Assembly: GCF_021290925.1 (NCBI RefSeq) | Contig: NZ_JAJSLX010000002.1 | Span: 1,110,235 to 1,174,234, forward strand | DNA length: 64,000 nt | DNA from: Sessilibacter corallicola | GTDB lineage: Bacteria; Pseudomonadota; Gammaproteobacteria; Pseudomonadales; Cellvibrionaceae | Reading direction: 5' to 3' | Shown here: one piece after another, positions 60,701 to 64,000 of the stretch | Layout of the letters: each line of letters opens with the position of its first letter | Numbering within the stretch: the stretch's first letter is position 1 | Notes under the pieces: generated by a model | Seen by the model: only the letters and a program-made list of their open reading frames with translations | The model's database searches: none | Told to the model about the DNA's origin: nothing | Program-made: the position numbers and the translations under genes

Positions 60701-62788
60701 GGTTACGACCACAAAGGCATGGGTATCACCGCTCGCGGTGCTTGGGTTTCAGTGCAGCGCCATTTCAAAGAGAAGGGCGTGAATATTCAAGAGGAAGACT
60801 TCACTGTTATTGGCGTTGGCGATATGAGCGGCGACGTGTTTGGTAACGGTATGTTGCTGTCGAAGCACATTCGCTTGGTGGCAGCGTTTAACCACTTGTC
60901 GATCTTTATCGATCCAAACCCAGACGCGGCTACCAGTTACAAAGAGCGTGAGCGCTTATTTGCGAATCCGCAATTGGGTTGGAACGATTACGACGCAAAA
61001 TTGATTTCCAAAGGTGGCGGTGTCTTCTCCCGCGCGGCGAAGAGCATTATCTTAACTCCAGAAATGAAGGTCCGATTCGGAATTTCTGAAGATCGCCTTT
61101 CGCCCACCGATCTGATTAATCGCTTGATGAAATCGCCTGTGGATTTGATCTGGAATGGCGGTATTGGCACCTACGTGAAATCGTCCGAAGAGGTCAACGC
61201 CGACGTTGGCGACAAATCCAACGACATGCTGCGCATCGACGGTAAAGATCTGCGCTGTAAAGTCTTTGGTGAAGGCGGCAACTTAGGAATGACCCAGCTC
61301 GGGCGAGTTGAATATTGCCTGCACGGTGGTGCCTGTAATACCGATTTTATCGACAACGCCGCCGGTGTGGATTGTTCCGACCACGAGGTCAATATCAAGA
61401 TTTTGATCGATAAATTGGTGGCGCAGGGCGATTTAACCGAAAAACACCGCAATCAGTTATTGGTCGATATGACCGATTCTGTGAGTGAATTGGTGCTGGA
61501 AAATAACTATCAGCAAACCCAAGCCATTAGCTTGGCGGATCACTCCGGTCACGAACGATTTGCGGAATTCCGACGCTTAATCAGCCAGCTCGAAACCGAA
61601 GGGCGCTTAAATCGTAAGCTGGAGTTTTTACCAGACGAAGAGAGCTTGTTGGAGCGTCACAGCCACAATAAAAGCCTGACTCGTCCTGAATTGTCGGTGC
61701 TGATTTCTTACGTCAAAGTGATTCTGAAAGAACTGCTGGCCAACGATGATATCGCCGGTGATCAATACATCGTTAACATCATCGAGTCGGCGTTCCCGCC
61801 GTTATTGCGCGAGAAATTCCCTTCTGAGATTTACGATCATGTTCTCAGAAAAGAAATTGTCGCCACTCAATTGGCTAACGATTTGGTGAACAACGGCGGT
61901 ATCACGTTCTTCCATCGTTTGCTGGAATCCACTGGCGCCCCGGCAACAACAATTGCCAGAGCCTACGTTACCGCGCGCGATTCCTTCCAAATGCCGTCGT
62001 TGCGAAAAGAAATCGAGGCGTTGGATTTCAAACAAACCAACACCGTGCAAATGGAAGAATTGGACGACTTGGTTCGTCGAGTTCGCCGAGGCACGCGTTG
62101 GTTCTTGCGCAATCGCCGTTCGCGTTTGAACCCGAGCGAAGAGATCGAGCATTTCTCCAATTCGTTAACCGAACTCAGCGACATCATGCCGAGCGTGTTG
62201 ACGGGAGAAGAGTTGGAACAGTGGCAGGCTACCTATGATCGATCGCTGGGATTGGGCTTCTCTGATCGCTACGCCAAGGCTTCGGCGTTGCCGTCGAATC
62301 TTTACTCAGGTTTGGGTGTAGTTGAAGCGGCCAACCACAGCGGTGCGGATCTAAAGCGTGTTGCTCATATCTTCTTCTATTTGAGTGATAAGCTCGGCTT
62401 GAATTGGTTCTCGAAACAAATTTCGGACGTGTCGGTTGAAAACTATTGGCAGGCAATGGCGCGCGAGTCGTTCCTCGACGATATGGAAGGCCAAATTCGT
62501 TCGCTGACCGAATCATTTGTGCGCTTACAGCCCACGCAAATGTCGTTGGAGGAAACCTTCGATGTTTGGGCGCAGCAGCACAAAGACATGTACGATCGTT
62601 GGATTTCGATGATGCTGGAGCTGCAAAGCACCAGTGTTTCCGACTTTGCCATGTTCTCGGTGGCCATGCGTGAGCTTTACGATTTGGCGCAGGCTTCAAG
62701 CTATTGCCAAAACTTGGGCGACGATTCGCCAGCGTGCACGACGGGTACACCGTTGCAGGCAGTCGAATCGACAAAGGCTTCGGCGTGA
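57782..62788 (+). CDS. gdhB: NAD-specific glutamate dehydrogenase, large (~180 kDa) form
   Basis: 1668 aa. Central catalytic region (…[40 protein letters not shown]…GPDMGT-like…) typical of the Bac_GDH family. Confidence 0.9.
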   Translation: [1668 protein letters not shown]

Positions 62789-62827
62789 TTAAGCCTGTTA
62801 ACTGCTTGTGTTAACTGTTAGAGAACG

Positions 62828-63052
62828 ATGAAGTCGGTTGAGATTCATTTAAACATCTCAAAAGACGAATTTATAAAACTCTACCAATCCGGTGGCCGTG
62901 CTAACGTGCTCGCAACAGCACGTGACGGCCGCCGAATTCAATTTCCCGCCTCTTCTCTGCGTCGCTGGTTAAACCACAGCGGTATTGTCGGTTTATTCGT
63001 AATTTATTTTGATGACAGCAATCGATTGAGTAGAATTGAACGCCTTAGCTAA
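62828..63052 (+). CDS. Small conserved hypothetical protein (74 aa)
   Basis: ORF directly downstream of gdh. No confident family assignment. Confidence 0.35.
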   Translation: MKSVEIHLNISKDEFIKLYQSGGRANVLATARDGRRIQFPASSLRRWLNHSGIVGLFVIYFDDSNRLSRIERLS

Positions 63053-63131
63053 ACGGCAAAGGTCAGCTGCTCATTCAAAATTCAGCTGAATAAAAGCTCA
63101 AATTTAACAAACACAACAGGATAAGCCCTGA

Positions 63132-64000
63132 ATGTATTCCCTAGCGCGTAAGCTTCTTTTTAAACTCGATCCCGAAATTGCCCACGAATTTTCCTTAGAT
63201 ATGCTCGCCGCGGGTGAGCGTTTGAAGATTTTATCGTTGGTCTCATGCGATCTTCCCAGTAATCCTGTGACGGTCATGGGTATTGAATTTCCAAATCGCA
63301 TTGGTTTGGCGGCAGGCTTAGACAAGAACGCCGATTACTTTCAAGCGTTATCGACGTTGGGGTTTGGTTTTGTTGAGGTTGGAACCGTCACCCCGAAACC
63401 TCAGCCGGGTAACGAACAGCCACGATTGTTTCGCTTGCCAGAACACGAGGCAATCATTAATCGGATGGGATTCAACAACAAAGGCGTTGATTACCTGGTT
63501 GAACGAGTTGCGGGAAAATCCTTGAAACATCCGTTAGGTATTAATATCGGGAAAAATAAAATAACGCCCGAAGAAAACGCGTTGTCAGATTACACCGCTT
63601 GTATGGAAAAAGTGTATGACTACGCCGATTATATTACGGTGAATATTTCCTCACCGAATACGCCTGGGCTTCGTGACCTGCAATTCGGTGAAACACTGCA
63701 TAATCTGTTGCAAGGCATTAAAACCAAGCAGTCAGAATTGGCGGATCAGTACGAGTATTACGTTCCCGTAGCGGTAAAAATTGCGCCGGATATGACTGAG
63801 CAAGAACTTATTGATGTGGCGCACACCTTTTTAGAGTTAGACATCGATTGTGTGATTGCCACCAATACCACCATTGATAAATCTTCGGTATCCGCTTCGG
63901 TTCACGCAAACGAAGCGGGTGGTTTGTCTGGTTTGCCTGTTCAAGACAAATCAACCCAGGCCATTAAAATTTTAAAATCGCAATTGCAGTCGGATATTCC
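63132..64000 (+). CDS. pyrD: Dihydroorotate dehydrogenase (quinone), class 2; N-terminal part, continues past window end
   Basis: MYSLARKLLFKLDPEIAHEFSLDMLAAG…GFGFVEVGTVTPKPQPGN…PRLFRL…INRMGFNNKG… is a canonical PyrD N-terminus. No stop before 64000. Confidence 0.9.
   Translation, partial: MYSLARKLLFKLDPEIAHEFSLDMLAAGERLKILSLVSCDLPSNPVTVMGIEFPNRIGLAAGLDKNADYFQALSTLGFGFVEVGTVTPKPQPGNEQPRLFRLPEHEAIINRMGFNNKGVDYLVERVAGKSLKHPLGINIGKNKITPEENALSDYTACMEKVYDYADYITVNISSPNTPGLRDLQFGETLHNLLQGIKTKQSELADQYEYYVPVAVKIAPDMTEQELIDVAHTFLELDIDCVIATNTTIDKSSVSASVHANEAGGLSGLPVQDKSTQAIKILKSQLQSDI

Noticed and set aside
60116-62774. Several 100-200-aa minus-strand ORFs (60116..60712, 61802..62152, 62229..62774)
   Set aside because: All lie antisense inside the continuous 1668-aa NAD-GDH frame, which has unmistakable family motifs.

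Overview
Gammaproteobacterial (marine Oceanospirillales-like) chromosomal window, about 48% GC, with one AT-rich accessory stretch. Contents, 5' to 3': (1) 1..13.4 kb, minus strand: a compact MSHA/type IVa-like pilus locus. Gene order is secretin, PilP-like, GspF/PilC, GspE/PilB-like ATPase, in-cluster PilT-like ATPase, PilO-like, a PilM-PilN fusion, a large Cys-rich pilin-like protein, a periplasmic hypothetical, a minor pilin and a major pilin with an unusually long leader. (2) 14..27 kb: a fatty-acid beta-oxidation / electron-transfer module (ETF-QO, acyl-CoA dehydrogenase, EtfAB, acyl-CoA synthetase, 3-hydroxyacyl-CoA dehydrogenase) fused to a Liv-type ABC importer. A roughly 255 bp MITE sits between etfA and the acyl-CoA dehydrogenase gene. 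(3) 27..31 kb: a hybrid dCache-HAMP-PAS sensor kinase and an OmpR-family regulator, then an intergenic region with an 18-bp direct repeat and a tRNA-like pseudogene plus tRNA fragments. (4) 31..35.6 kb: SPFH protein, second MITE copy (inverted), Crp-family regulator, nitroreductase, DUF606 membrane protein, GNAT. (5) 35.6..42.1 kb: an AT-rich island of translationally coupled small hypothetical genes. It includes a putative HNH/EndoVII-fold (AHH-like) nuclease toxin with a downstream immunity candidate, and a degraded IS5-family element whose terminal repeats match the MITE termini (flanking CTAG duplications). (6) 42..47.4 kb: Qor, LysR, enoyl-CoA hydratase, SDR, permease. (7) 48..57.2 kb: a di-heme cytochrome c lipoprotein convergent with a Bat/MoxR aerotolerance operon (moxR, DUF58, DUF4381, batA, batB-C fusion with a long acidic Q-rich tail, batD). 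(8) 57.5..64 kb: a roughly 277 bp inverted-repeat-bounded element upstream of the giant NAD-glutamate dehydrogenase, a small hypothetical, and the 5' part of pyrD. The features most worth follow-up are the pilus locus details (38-aa pilin leader, DxDGDGD motifs, poly-A and 15-bp in-frame repeats that could drive phase or length variation), the MITE/IS5 family, and the orphan toxin/immunity island.
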